Assembly: GCA_039591655.1 (NCBI GenBank)
Contig: JBDHDE010000016.1
Location: forward strand, 1 to 64,000
Direction: 5' to 3'
From: Gemmatimonadota bacterium
GTDB taxonomy: Bacteria; Gemmatimonadota; Gemmatimonadetes; Gemmatimonadales; GWC2-71-9
DNA: 64,000 nucleotides
In this document: in pieces, positions 1 to 9,514 of the stretch
Layout of the letters: each line of letters starts with the position of its first letter
Numbering within the stretch: the first letter of the stretch is position 1
Program-made: the position numbers and the translations under genes
The notes under the pieces: model-generated
Seen by the model: only the letters and a program-made list of their open reading frames with translations
What the model was told of the DNA's origin: nothing
Databases searched by the model: none

Positions 1-795
1 GGCCTCGAGGCCGTACTTGATCCCGTGTCGCACCGCGGTGAGGGCGGCCTCCGGGGCAGGGTAGTGCCCGCCGGTCTTCTTGAGCAGTTGCTTCTTGGCA
101 GTGGTGAAGACGACTCGCCTGCCCAGGGGGTTCTTCTCCAAGGCGAGGTCGGCGGCCCCCAGCCGGCGGCGCTTCGGTCGCCATCCGTCGGCCAGCTTCG
201 TTGCGGCCCCGAACGCCACCCGCTCCAGAATGGCCGGGTGAACCAGCTCATCCACGATCCCCGCGCGGTGGGCGCGCTGGGCGGCTAGCTGCCTGCCAGC
301 GAGGATGATGTCCAGGGCCTTTCTCACACCGATCAGGCGTGGCAGCCGTTGGCACCCGCCCGCCGCAGGGATGATGCCCAACTGCACCTCGGGCAGGCCG
401 ATCCGGGTCTTGGGGTGGTCGGTGGCGATGCGGTAGGTGCACGCCAGGGCCGCCTCGAAACCGCCACCGAGGCAGGAACCGTGGATCGCCGCCAGGACGG
501 GCTTCCCGAGCCGCTCTAGGCGATTCACGAGGGCCTGGCCTTGGCGAACCAGCTCGTGCGCCTCCTCGCGGGACTCCAAGGCGACGAACTCGTCGATGTC
601 AGCGCCGGCAATGAAGGAATCGGACTTGTCGGAGATGAGCACGACGGCCCGGACGTCCCTGTCCGCCACGAAACGGTCCAGCAGCTCGTCGAGCTCGTCC
701 CGCACGGCCTTGGTGATCTTGTTGACGGGCTCATCCGGCAGGTTGAGCCCCAGCCGCCCGATTCCGTCCCGCACCTCGGCGCTGAAGGCGCTCAT
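1..795 (-). CDS. fadJ: Fatty acid oxidation complex alpha subunit (enoyl-CoA hydratase N-terminal part), truncated by window edge
   Basis: ATG at 795. Manual translation shows crotonase motifs FIAGAD, GGGFEAALAC and GLPEVQLGIIP. Lies immediately downstream of the thiolase; missing from the ORF track because no stop falls within the window. Confidence 0.85.
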   Translation of the reverse strand, partial: MSAFSAEVRDGIGRLGLNLPDEPVNKITKAVRDELDELLDRFVADRDVRAVVLISDKSDSFIAGADIDEFVALESREEAHELVRQGQALVNRLERLGKPVLAAIHGSCLGGGFEAALACTYRIATDHPKTRIGLPEVQLGIIPAAGGCQRLPRLIGVRKALDIILAGRQLAAQRAHRAGIVDELVHPAILERVAFGAATKLADGWRPKRRRLGAADLALEKNPLGRRVVFTTAKKQLLKKTGGHYPAPEAALTAVRHGIKYGLEA

Positions 796-797
796 CG

Positions 798-2093
798 TCA
801 GCGCCGCTCCAACACCATGGCGAAACCCATCCCTCCCTGGGCGCAGACCGAGATGAGGCCGAACTGGACATCGCGGCGCTTCATCTCGTTGGCCAAGGTC
901 GTGGTGATCCGGGCGCCGGTAGCTCCGAAGGGATGCCCGATGGCAATCGATCCACCCATGACGTTGAGCGTGTCCCAATCGACTTCGCCGACGGGCTCGG
1001 AGCGCCCCAGCCTCTCCTCCGCCCACTGCTGCGACTCGAACGCCTTGATGTTGGAGAGCACCTGTGACGCAAAGGCCTCGTGCATCTCCACCAGCCCGAG
1101 GTCCTTCCAAGCTATCCCCGCCCGGTCGAGGGCCTTCGGCACCGCGTAGGCCGGCCCCATCAGCAGCTGGTCGCCGGGGTCGAGGGCGGCCACCGCGTAG
1201 GACCGGATGTAGGCGAGCGGCTCGTATCCCAGGCTCTGCGCGGCTTCCTCGCTCATCAGCAGGACGGCGCCTGCACCATCGGTGAGGGGCGATGCGTTCG
1301 CTGCGGTCACCGTCCCATGCCGCTTGTCGAACACGGGCCTAAGCTTCGCCATCTCCTCGAGATTCGCGTCGCCGCGCACCCCATTGTCGCGGCCCACGGG
1401 CACTCCCGTGGCCGGCACGAATATGGGCGCGATCTCGGCCGTCAACCGTCCGTCCTCATTGCCGGCGTGCGCGAACTGGTGGCTGCGGAGCGCAAACTCG
1501 TCCTGCGCTTGGCGCGTGATCCCATTGATCTTGGCCATCTTCTCCGCCGACTGCCCCATCGTCTCGCCGGTGGACGGCTCTGCGATGGCCGGCGTGACCG
1601 GAATGAGGTCCTTCGGCCGGAAGGTGGACAGGAGCTTGAGCCGAGCGGCAGTCGTCTTCGCCTTGCTGAGTCCGACGAGGAGATCGGAGAACCGCCGCGA
1701 GTGCAGGATGGGGATGTCGGAGAGCGTCTCGGCCCCGCCGGCGATCACCACATCGGCGTGACCCAGGGCGATTTGATCGTGCCCCAGGACGACGGCCGTG
1801 TTGGCGGAGGCGCACGCCCGATTCACGGACGCCGCCGGGATGCTCGCCGGAAACTGCGGGAGAAGGCTCACCTCGCGGGCGATGTTGGGTGCGAGCGCAC
1901 TCGGCACCACCTGCCCGAAATACAGCTCGTCGATCTCCTTGCCCGTCAGGTTCGCGCGATGGACGAGCTCGACCACCGCGTGCTTGGCAAGGTCGATCGC
2001 CAACAGGTCCTTGAGTGCCGTTCCCGACTTGCAGAACGGCGTCCGGCACCCGGCCACCACCGCAACCCTGCGTCCGCTGTGCGCGCGCTGCAT
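798..2093 (-). CDS. fadI: 3-ketoacyl-CoA thiolase
   Basis: Thiolase motifs NRACAS, MHEAFA, GHPFGATG and CAQGG; paired with fadJ. Alternative GTG start at 2099. Confidence 0.9.
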   Translation of the reverse strand: MQRAHSGRRVAVVAGCRTPFCKSGTALKDLLAIDLAKHAVVELVHRANLTGKEIDELYFGQVVPSALAPNIAREVSLLPQFPASIPAASVNRACASANTAVVLGHDQIALGHADVVIAGGAETLSDIPILHSRRFSDLLVGLSKAKTTAARLKLLSTFRPKDLIPVTPAIAEPSTGETMGQSAEKMAKINGITRQAQDEFALRSHQFAHAGNEDGRLTAEIAPIFVPATGVPVGRDNGVRGDANLEEMAKLRPVFDKRHGTVTAANASPLTDGAGAVLLMSEEAAQSLGYEPLAYIRSYAVAALDPGDQLLMGPAYAVPKALDRAGIAWKDLGLVEMHEAFASQVLSNIKAFESQQWAEERLGRSEPVGEVDWDTLNVMGGSIAIGHPFGATGARITTTLANEMKRRDVQFGLISVCAQGGMGFAMVLERR

Positions 2094-2166
2094 GGTCACC
2101 GAAAGCTAGCTCTGGCCCTGGCGGCGAGCCATCGGCACCCTTGTGGCCGACCACCCCGCCAAAGCA

Positions 2167-2709
2167 TCATTCCATCGGTCGTCGGGCCAGGATACTCGAC
2201 ACCGCTTTCGAGCGTCCGTCGAGCATCTCCAGCACCTCGCGTGCCAGCACGATCTCGAACTGGCCCACGAGCGACCACAACTCGCCTGCCTTCAGGAGGT
2301 GCTCATCCGAGGTCGGTCCCCAGCCCAGGTCCCGCTGCTGCTCGAGGAAGGTCTCCGACATGAAGTAGCCGCCTGGCTTGACGGCTTCGAGGAACTGCGG
2401 CATCCGCTCGCGGTCGAGGTAGCTGAACACCATCACAACATCGAACCTGCCGTCCGGGAGGGGATCCTGCGTCAAGTCGGCCTGCACCCAATCCACGGAG
2501 ACGTTGGCCTTCCGTGCGGCCTCCTCGGCGGCCTTGAGCCGCTGGGGGTCGTTGTCCACAGCCACCACCTCCGCGCCCCGCTCGGCGGCCGCGATGGCAT
2601 GACTACCAGTCCCGCAGGCCAGGTCCAGCACCCGCGCGCCCGGCGTTATGATGTCGGCATGCCACTGGAACCACGTGCTCGGCATGCTCCGACCGGTCGG
2701 CGCTGACAC
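2167..2709 (-). CDS. Class I SAM-dependent methyltransferase (TehB-like)
   Basis: VLDLACGTG motif I and VKPGG. Start may be the ATG at 2685. Confidence 0.85.
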   Translation of the reverse strand: MSAPTGRSMPSTWFQWHADIITPGARVLDLACGTGSHAIAAAERGAEVVAVDNDPQRLKAAEEAARKANVSVDWVQADLTQDPLPDGRFDVVMVFSYLDRERMPQFLEAVKPGGYFMSETFLEQQRDLGWGPTSDEHLLKAGELWSLVGQFEIVLAREVLEMLDGRSKAVSSILARRPME

Positions 2710-2713
2710 GCTA

Positions 2714-4378
2714 ATGGAAGCTCCCTTTTCCTACCGGACCCGGGCCGACCATCTGGAATCGATGGGGACCGAACCCGTTGATCTCCTGGTCATCGGCGGC
2801 GGCGTCACCGGCACGGGCATCGCTCGGGATGCCGCCATGCGGGGCATCCGCACCGCCTTGGTGGACAAAGGCGACTTCGGGTCGGGCACGAGCTCCCGCT
2901 CCTCGCGCCTCGTCCACGGCGGCCTGCGGTACCTCGAGCACGGTCACCTGCGCTTGGTCTTCGAGGCCAGTCGCGAGCGCCATGTCCTCAGAAACATAGC
3001 ACCGCATCTGGTCTGGCCGCGCTCCTTCCTCTTCCCCGTCTATCCCGGTGGCCGTGTCGCCCGATGGAAGCTGGGAGCCGGTCTGTGGCTCTACGACCTC
3101 CTGTCCCTGTTCCGCAATGTGCGCCGCCATCGGATGCTGAGCAAGCGGGCCATGCGGCGGGCCGAGCCGGCCCTCAGGTCCCGCGGCCTGCAGGGCGGCG
3201 CCCGCTACTACGACGCCCAATGTGACGACGCCCGTCTCGCCTTGGCAAATGCCCGGGACGCGCATCGGCACGGGGCGCTCGTGGCCAACTACGCAGCCGT
3301 CGATCAGCTCGAGACCGCCGATGGCCGGGTGCGGGGGGCCCGCATCACGGATCTCGTGACCGGCGACGCACTCACGATCAGGGCGCTCTCGGTGGTGAAC
3401 GCCACCGGACCGTGGTCCGATGAGCTGCGAGCGGCCGATGGGGAATCCCCGGCGCTGCATTGCACCAAGGGCGCCCACGTCGTCGTCTCGCGGCAGCGGC
3501 TCGGCAATAACGAAGCCATCACGTTCACGTCCCCCATCGATGGCCGCGTGATGTTCGTCATCCCCTGGGGGAGCCTCACCTACATCGGCACCACCGAGAC
3601 GGAGACCGACGAACGGCCCGAGGACCTGCGGGCAACTGCCGACGATGTGATCTACCTCCTCAAGTCGGCCAACGCACTCTTCCCCGAGGCTCGCCTCACG
3701 TTCGACGATGTCCTCGCCACCTGGGCCGGGGTGCGGCCCTTGCTCCGCAAACAGGACTCCGAGGACCCCGGCGCGGTTTCCCGGGAGCATGCCATCCTCG
3801 AAAGCGGGACCGGTCTGGTTTCCATTGTGGGTGGGAAGCTCACGACCTACCGGAAGATGGCCGCCGAGGTCGTGGATGTAGTCGCGGCACGCCTGCACGC
3901 GCTGGACGGGCGACCCGTGCCCGACCGAGCTCGCACCCACCGGGAGCCCCTGCCCGGCGGAGAGACGCGCCACCTCGAGATCCTCATCAGGGCCACCGAG
4001 ACCGACGGCGTCGCCCCCCCCACGGCCACGCATCTGGTCCACACGTACGGGAGCGAAACGCCGGCTGTCATGCGCATTGCCCAGTCGGAGCCGATGCTGG
4101 CCGAGCCCGTCGTGCCGGAGCACCCCACGATCTGGGCGGAATTGGTGTTCGCGATGCGGCGGGAGATGGCCATCACGCTGGGCGATATCCTGATCCGCCG
4201 CACGCATCTCTTCTACGCGGCGCCGGAGCGGGTCCTGGCCCAGGCACCGGCCATCACAGAGCTGGCCGCGACGGAAATGGACTGGGACGAAGCGCGCTGC
4301 GCGGCCGAACTCGAGGTCTATCAGGCCGAGGTGGAGCGCAGTCTGGCCTTCCGCCAGGACTTCTGGGCCGAGGACTAA
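2714..4378 (+). CDS. glpD: FAD-dependent glycerol-3-phosphate dehydrogenase
   Basis: [25 protein letters not shown] and GGKLTTYR motifs; ATG at 2714. Confidence 0.92.
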   Translation: MEAPFSYRTRADHLESMGTEPVDLLVIGGGVTGTGIARDAAMRGIRTALVDKGDFGSGTSSRSSRLVHGGLRYLEHGHLRLVFEASRERHVLRNIAPHLVWPRSFLFPVYPGGRVARWKLGAGLWLYDLLSLFRNVRRHRMLSKRAMRRAEPALRSRGLQGGARYYDAQCDDARLALANARDAHRHGALVANYAAVDQLETADGRVRGARITDLVTGDALTIRALSVVNATGPWSDELRAADGESPALHCTKGAHVVVSRQRLGNNEAITFTSPIDGRVMFVIPWGSLTYIGTTETETDERPEDLRATADDVIYLLKSANALFPEARLTFDDVLATWAGVRPLLRKQDSEDPGAVSREHAILESGTGLVSIVGGKLTTYRKMAAEVVDVVAARLHALDGRPVPDRARTHREPLPGGETRHLEILIRATETDGVAPPTATHLVHTYGSETPAVMRIAQSEPMLAEPVVPEHPTIWAELVFAMRREMAITLGDILIRRTHLFYAAPERVLAQAPAITELAATEMDWDEARCAAELEVYQAEVERSLAFRQDFWAED

Positions 4379-5532
4379 CCCTCCGCCGGCTCCCTCACCC
4401 CCGGAAGCTCCGACGCCTTCACCCGCTCGCCCCGGAACTGCCGGGCGGCGCGATATGCCTCCCGGAGCTGGCCCATGGACTCTGCGCGCTTGTCGTACAA
4501 GCGCTTCGCTGCCCGCGGCTTCCTCCTGGCGAGGGCGTAGGCGGCCAGGAGCGGGAGCCCCACCGTGCTGTCCAGGTAGCACACCACTGCGTCGGACAGC
4601 TGGTCGGGATCCACCTTGCCCCAACTCACCGCCTCGGCGGGGGTCGCCCCCGAGAGCCCACCCGTGTCGGGGCGTGCATCGGTAATCTGGAGGTAGTAGT
4701 CGTGCCCCACCTCCTCGATGCCCAGGACCTCCTGGATCTGCGGCTCCGTTTGGAGCACGAAGTTCTTGGGGCTGCCCCCGCCAACGATCAGCACCCCGCT
4801 CTTGCCCCCACTCCGCTTCGCAGCGAGGACGATGGCGGCGGTCTCGTTCACGTCGGCGGAGACGTCGTACGCCAGCTTGTAGCCGTCCAGAGCGATCTCC
4901 GCCACGTTCATGCCGATCGAGGAATCACCCGGCGATGACGTGTAGATCGGCACGCCGTAATCATGCGCCGTTGTCATCACCGACTTCTGCTCCAATCCCA
5001 GAGCCTTCTCCCGCTCGCGCAGGTAGCCGCCCAAGAGGTAGTGGTACTCGGCGGTGCTCATGGGCCGCTGGAACTCATCGGCCCTGGAGATCTGCCTAAT
5101 GAACTCGTCGGTGCGGAGCAGGGCGCCGTAGTCCACGTAGATGTCGTAGATGCGCACCACCCCTTGCTCACGCAGGTCGACGTCGTCGGCAAACGGGCTG
5201 CCGCGATGCAGCGAGTAACCCAGGGGGTAGTGGGCGTCGTGATACAGGTTCGCTCCAGTGGAGACGATCCAGTCCACGAAGCCGGCTTGGATGAGGGGGA
5301 TGACGGTGGACATCCCCAACCCGGCCGGCGTCATGGCACCCGTTAGGCTCATTCCCACGGTCACGTCGGCGGCGAGCATCCGCTCGACGTAGAGATGACA
5401 AGCGTCGCGCAGCCGGCCGGCGTTGTAGGCCATGAACGCGTTCTCGATCAGGTCCGCCACGCGCTCGTCACCGCGGATCGGCTGGGGTGCGATGGGCTTA
5501 CCCTTGAGCAGCTGGCGCTTGCGATCGTTCAT
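4375..5532 (-). CDS. Deoxyhypusine synthase-like protein (probable homospermidine synthase-type enzyme)
   Basis: [17 protein letters not shown] and [18 protein letters not shown] motifs, with the catalytic Lys position retained; ATG at 5532. Confidence 0.88.
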   Translation of the reverse strand: MNDRKRQLLKGKPIAPQPIRGDERVADLIENAFMAYNAGRLRDACHLYVERMLAADVTVGMSLTGAMTPAGLGMSTVIPLIQAGFVDWIVSTGANLYHDAHYPLGYSLHRGSPFADDVDLREQGVVRIYDIYVDYGALLRTDEFIRQISRADEFQRPMSTAEYHYLLGGYLREREKALGLEQKSVMTTAHDYGVPIYTSSPGDSSIGMNVAEIALDGYKLAYDVSADVNETAAIVLAAKRSGGKSGVLIVGGGSPKNFVLQTEPQIQEVLGIEEVGHDYYLQITDARPDTGGLSGATPAEAVSWGKVDPDQLSDAVVCYLDSTVGLPLLAAYALARRKPRAAKRLYDKRAESMGQLREAYRAARQFRGERVKASELPGVREPAEG

Positions 5533-5557
5533 CTCACCGTCCCTTTCTCGAGCGCCG

Positions 5558-6313
5558 TCAGACCGGCTGCTCCTCCAAGCGTGCCCGCGCATCCATGACG
5601 ATCCGCAGCACCTCGTTGGGATCGTCGGTCACATGGGCCAGGATGAGGTCCTCGGGTGAGATCTTCCCTTCGTGTTGCACCACGTCGGTGAGCCAGCCCA
5701 TCAAGCCTCTCCAGTAGTCACTGCCCACCATCACGACGGGCATGTCCCGTATCTTCCGCGTCTGGATCAGGGTCAGCGACTCGAAGAGCTCGTCCAGGGT
5801 GCCGAACCCACCTGGGAAGCAGATGAACGCCAGGGAGTACTTGGCAAACATCGTCTTGCGCACGAAGAAGTAGCGAAAATCCACGAGCCGGTCGAGGTAC
5901 CCGTTGGCTCCCTGCTCCTCCGGCAGCTCGATGTTGAGCCCGATGGACAAGGTGCCGGCCTCTCGGGCTCCCATATTCGCCGCCTCCATGATGCCGGGGC
6001 CCGCCCCGGTCACGATGGCGAAGCCGTGCTCCCCGAGCAGGCGGGTGGTCTCTGTCGCGAGGGCGTACATCGGGTCGTCGGGCTTCGCCCGCGCCGAGCC
6101 GAAGACGGTGACCGCCGCCCCTACATCGGCCAGTTCATCGAATCCCTCGACGAACTCCCCCAGAATGCGGAGCGCCCGCCAGGGGTCCGTGTGGGTGAAT
6201 GCGTCCCGCTCCGGGGCCAGTGGAAGAGCGAACAGCTGCTCGTCCGCCGTGACCGCCGGCACCCGGGGTTTCTTGGGGGGGTCAGGATTTGAGGACTTCG
6301 ATCGCCGCGGCAT
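5558..6313 (-). CDS. LOG family nucleotide phosphoribohydrolase (TIGR00730-type)
   Basis: [15 protein letters not shown] and PGGFGTLDE motifs. Confidence 0.9.
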   Translation of the reverse strand: MPRRSKSSNPDPPKKPRVPAVTADEQLFALPLAPERDAFTHTDPWRALRILGEFVEGFDELADVGAAVTVFGSARAKPDDPMYALATETTRLLGEHGFAIVTGAGPGIMEAANMGAREAGTLSIGLNIELPEEQGANGYLDRLVDFRYFFVRKTMFAKYSLAFICFPGGFGTLDELFESLTLIQTRKIRDMPVVMVGSDYWRGLMGWLTDVVQHEGKISPEDLILAHVTDDPNEVLRIVMDARARLEEQPV

Positions 6314-7433
6314 TGTCGTCAGAGAGGTTGTAGAAGAATGGGGAGAGGCGTACGTGCCCCGGCCGGGCGTCGGCTACGATGCCGGCGTCGCCCAGCCGGC
6401 GGACCGCCGTCGCCGGATCATTATTGGGGATCATCACAATCGCCGAGCGCGTAGCGGCATCAGGTGCGACCCGTGGCCGCAGGCCGGCTGCTTCGGCCCG
6501 GGCTATCAGATCCTCGGTGAGCTCGCGGACCACGTCCCAGATTCGCGGCACCCCGATCTCATGGATCACCTCCAGCCCTCCGAGTTGGGCGTACACGGCA
6601 GCCAGCGCCGGCGTCCCTTGCTCGAAGCGCCGCGCGTCGTCATGCCACACCATGGACTGGGAGTCGAACTCGAACTGTCGGGCGTTGGCGAACCACCCAG
6701 TGACCGTGGGAGTGTAGCGGCGCACCAAGTCGTCGCGGACGTACAGAAACACGATCCCGGGCCCACCTAGGAGCCACTTCAGCCCTCCGGTGCAGAGGAA
6801 ATCGACGCCGGTCTCATGCACATCGACGGGAATCTGCCCGACGCTCTGATAGGCATCCACGAAGCACAGGGCGCCTTTGGCGTGAGCCGCCTCGGCCAGT
6901 GCGCGGATGTCTTGGATCGCGCCGGTCGTGTAGTAGACGTGGGAGGTCGCCACCAGTGCGGTGCGCTCGTCGATGGCGTCACTCAGCGCTTCGACGGGTA
7001 TCGTTATTCCGTCGGGGCTCTCGACGATCTCCAGCTCGACGCCCAACTTTCCCTTTGCCAGCCACTGGTAGGCCACCGTAGGGAAGTCCAGTGCGGTGGT
7101 GACGACCTTGGGGCGCTCCCTGTAGTCCAGCACTCCCGCCAAGACCGCGGTGGCCGTCGAGACGGAGGCATGCAGCGCGATCTCACCTCCATCCGCACCG
7201 ATCACCCGGGCGTATTCCCGCCTGAGTTCCGCCAGCGCGTCCAACCATACATCGTACCAGGCAGGCGCTCCACGGAGCTCCCACAGCTCCAAGAACCCCT
7301 GCACTCGCCGGCGGGAGCGAACGGACAGCGCCCCCAGCGAGCAGGAGTTGAGGTAGATCTGCCGCTCGAAGATCGGGAACTCCGACCGATAATGCGCGAG
7401 GGGCTGTGCGCGGGTGGTGCTTGCGACGGCCAT
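6282..7433 (-). CDS. Class V PLP-dependent aminotransferase (kynureninase/cysteine desulfurase-like)
   Basis: YLNSCSLG, DAYQSVG, GGLKWLLGGPG (PLP lysine), RFEQGTP and VRLSPFFYN. Start placed at the ATG at 7433. Confidence 0.85.
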   Translation of the reverse strand: MAVASTTRAQPLAHYRSEFPIFERQIYLNSCSLGALSVRSRRRVQGFLELWELRGAPAWYDVWLDALAELRREYARVIGADGGEIALHASVSTATAVLAGVLDYRERPKVVTTALDFPTVAYQWLAKGKLGVELEIVESPDGITIPVEALSDAIDERTALVATSHVYYTTGAIQDIRALAEAAHAKGALCFVDAYQSVGQIPVDVHETGVDFLCTGGLKWLLGGPGIVFLYVRDDLVRRYTPTVTGWFANARQFEFDSQSMVWHDDARRFEQGTPALAAVYAQLGGLEVIHEIGVPRIWDVVRELTEDLIARAEAAGLRPRVAPDAATRSAIVMIPNNDPATAVRRLGDAGIVADARPGHVRLSPFFYNLSDDNAAAIEVLKS

Positions 7434-7455
7434 AGGCGCCAATATACATGAAGGG

Positions 7456-7716
7456 TCAGACGCGCGGCGGATCGGGCGCCAGGGGAGCGCGTCGCACAAT
7501 GGAGGCGAGACTGACGGCAGCCCAGACGCCCTCGAGAACGATGAAACCGGCGCGGCGGTCCGCGATGGCCACCGCCAGGAGCAGGAGGGCGCCAACGAGG
7601 TTGAACCACAGATAGACGGCGCCCCGGCTGGTCCACCAGTGCCGCTGCAGCGCGACGTAGGCCGCGAGGATCAAGCCGGCACCGACGAGAGAGGCGACTT
7701 GCAAGACCAGGTTCAT
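7456..7716 (-). CDS. Small 3-TM membrane protein (CBU_0592-like)
   Basis: 86 aa, hydrophobic, with the pattern GAGLILAAY...YLWFNLVGA...GFIVLEGVW. Confidence 0.7.
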   Translation of the reverse strand: MNLVLQVASLVGAGLILAAYVALQRHWWTSRGAVYLWFNLVGALLLLAVAIADRRAGFIVLEGVWAAVSLASIVRRAPLAPDPPRV

Positions 7717-7752
7717 GTATCCTCTTCCGACCGAAGTGGGAGTTGGCTCAAG

Positions 7753-7992
7753 CTGGCGCTGGCTCTGAGCGCCCGCGCCCTCATCAATCCGCGCCTCGCC
7801 CTGGACCTCGTTCGAACGGTCTGGGCGTTCCGCGCACGGGGGTGGTACCGTCGGCCACCATTCCTACCAGTCCCGTCCGGGGAGTACATCCGGTGGAGGA
7901 TGCATACCGCCTACGGGGACGAGCACGCCGTTCCCCCACCAGACGACGTCGTTCGGTTCGCCCGCTGGCGCCGCAAGGTGATGCACCTGTGA
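7753..7992 (+). CDS. Small hypothetical protein; start uncertain (possibly CTG at 7753)
   Basis: The 3' part of ORF 7414..7992 reads as a real protein (WYRRPPFLPVPSGEYIRWRMHTAYG). Its TGA overlaps the queG GTG; GGGAG lies at 7738-7742. Confidence 0.55.
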   Translation: MALALSARALINPRLALDLVRTVWAFRARGWYRRPPFLPVPSGEYIRWRMHTAYGDEHAVPPPDDVVRFARWRRKVMHL

Positions 7993-8939
7993 CCCCGGAG
8001 CGCCGGGCGCAGCTCGTCAAGGCACGCGCCCGGGCCCTCGGCTTCGACGGGGTGGGCATCACGGATCTCGCTCCGGTGCCACACGGAGAAGCACTCACCA
8101 GCTGGCTCGACCGCGGGATGGCCGGCACCATGACCTATATGGAGCGCCAGGCCCCCCGGCGCCTGGACCCCTCGACGATCCTCCCGGGCGCTTCACGGGC
8201 GGTCGTCGTCACCAGAAACTACAATAACCCCGACGGGCCTTCCCACCCGGTCACGGGGCGGGTCGCCAAGTACGCCCGCGGCCGGGACTACCACCACGCC
8301 CTCGCGGAGCCCCTGCAGAGCCTCGCGTCCTATATCGTCTCCCTCGGGGGATCCGGGACCACGGCCAGGAGCTACGTGGACGCCGGTCCCGTGCCCGAGC
8401 GGGAGCTGGCGCAGCGTGCGGGGCTCGGCTGGATCGGCAAGAACACCATGCTGATCGACGCGGCGGCAGGGTCCTTCATCTTCCTGGCGACCGTGCTCAC
8501 CGACCTCGAGCTCACGATGGACGACCCGTTCCAGGCCGATCGCTGTGGGAGCTGCCGGCGATGCCTCGAGGCCTGCCCCACGGACGCGTTCTTCCGGGAG
8601 CGAGTCCTCGACAGCCGCCGTTGCGTCTCCTACCTCACAATCGAGCATCGGGGTGAGATCGACGGGGCGCTCGCACCGGGCATGGGCGACTGGGTCTTCG
8701 GGTGCGACATATGCCAGGATGTGTGCCCGTGGAACATCAAGTTCGCCCGGACGGCCGACGATCCTATCCTCGAGCAGGACACTACGCTCGAGTGGCTCGA
8801 TCTGGAGCGGCTCACGCGGATGAGCGAGGTGGAGTTCGACACACGCTACGGCGCCACGGCGCTGGAGCGCCCGGGAGTGAATGGGATGCGCCGCAACGCG
8901 CTGATCGCGGCACGCAACCGAGGACTGGAGCTCACGTGA
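7989..8939 (+). CDS. queG: Epoxyqueuosine reductase
   Basis: YARGRDYH, GLGWIGKN, CGSCRRCLEACPT and FGCDICQDVCPWN Fe-S motifs. Confidence 0.93.
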   Translation: MTPERRAQLVKARARALGFDGVGITDLAPVPHGEALTSWLDRGMAGTMTYMERQAPRRLDPSTILPGASRAVVVTRNYNNPDGPSHPVTGRVAKYARGRDYHHALAEPLQSLASYIVSLGGSGTTARSYVDAGPVPERELAQRAGLGWIGKNTMLIDAAAGSFIFLATVLTDLELTMDDPFQADRCGSCRRCLEACPTDAFFRERVLDSRRCVSYLTIEHRGEIDGALAPGMGDWVFGCDICQDVCPWNIKFARTADDPILEQDTTLEWLDLERLTRMSEVEFDTRYGATALERPGVNGMRRNALIAARNRGLELT

Positions 8940-9241
8940 CCGACGACCCCAAGGGCGTGACCGACCCCGCGCTGCGGGAGCGGGTGAACCGGATCCAGCG
9001 GCAGCTCACCGACGGACTGGCCGCCGTAGACCCTCACCACAAGCTCGCCGGTCGCCCGGTGACGTACCGGGTCGCCTCGGGCCGGACCCTGGAGATCGTG
9101 TTCAAGGACGTCATGGGAGTAACCGAGTCGGAGTTCCTGGGACTCAAGCGGCTGATCGGCGAGGACTGCTACTGCAGCGTGCTGCCCCAGACGGCCGAGA
9201 CTCTCACGGTGCGGATCGTCGTGCCGCTGACCGCGCCGTAG
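8936..9241 (+). CDS. Hypothetical protein (~101 aa)
   Basis: GTGA overlap with the queG stop; GC3-rich codons and protein-like composition. Confidence 0.7.
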   Translation: MTDDPKGVTDPALRERVNRIQRQLTDGLAAVDPHHKLAGRPVTYRVASGRTLEIVFKDVMGVTESEFLGLKRLIGEDCYCSVLPQTAETLTVRIVVPLTAP

Positions 9242-9247
9242 CTAGGT

Positions 9248-9487
9248 CGCTCGGGGGTGGGCCTCACCGCCGCGAACGTCAGAAAGCCCGGTGGCTCGTG
9301 GGAGGGACCTACCTCCGCGAACTGCAGTTCGCCGAGCCTCCCAGAGGTCCCGGCCTCCCTCGCCAACGGTCTCACTCCTACTGCGAGCCACCCTCCCAAC
9401 GCGCTGCACTGACGTTCGCTCCGGCAGGCCCATCCCCGCTCGCTGCGTCCCCACTGACTCCCGCTCCGGTTGATCCTGCGACTCGAC
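9248..9487. repeat. Dispersed structured intergenic element, copy A
   Basis: Blocks match the reverse complement of 15064-15237 (21/21, 28/30, 12/13 and 30/31 nt). Nested inverted repeats surround the 16-bp palindrome GCGAACTGCAGTTCGC (9317-9332). Confidence 0.85.
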
Positions 9488-9514
9488 GATCGTGATGGGG
9501 TGTCCTGCGTCCCG

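Noticed and set aside
2711..4624. 637-aa antisense ORF over glpD
   Set aside because: Shadow ORF typical of high-GC DNA; the opposite strand has clear family motifs.
9248..9487. Repeat element as a CRISPR array or tRNA
   Set aside because: The blocks differ from each other rather than repeating, there are no cas genes, and there is no cloverleaf or TTCGA T-loop pattern.
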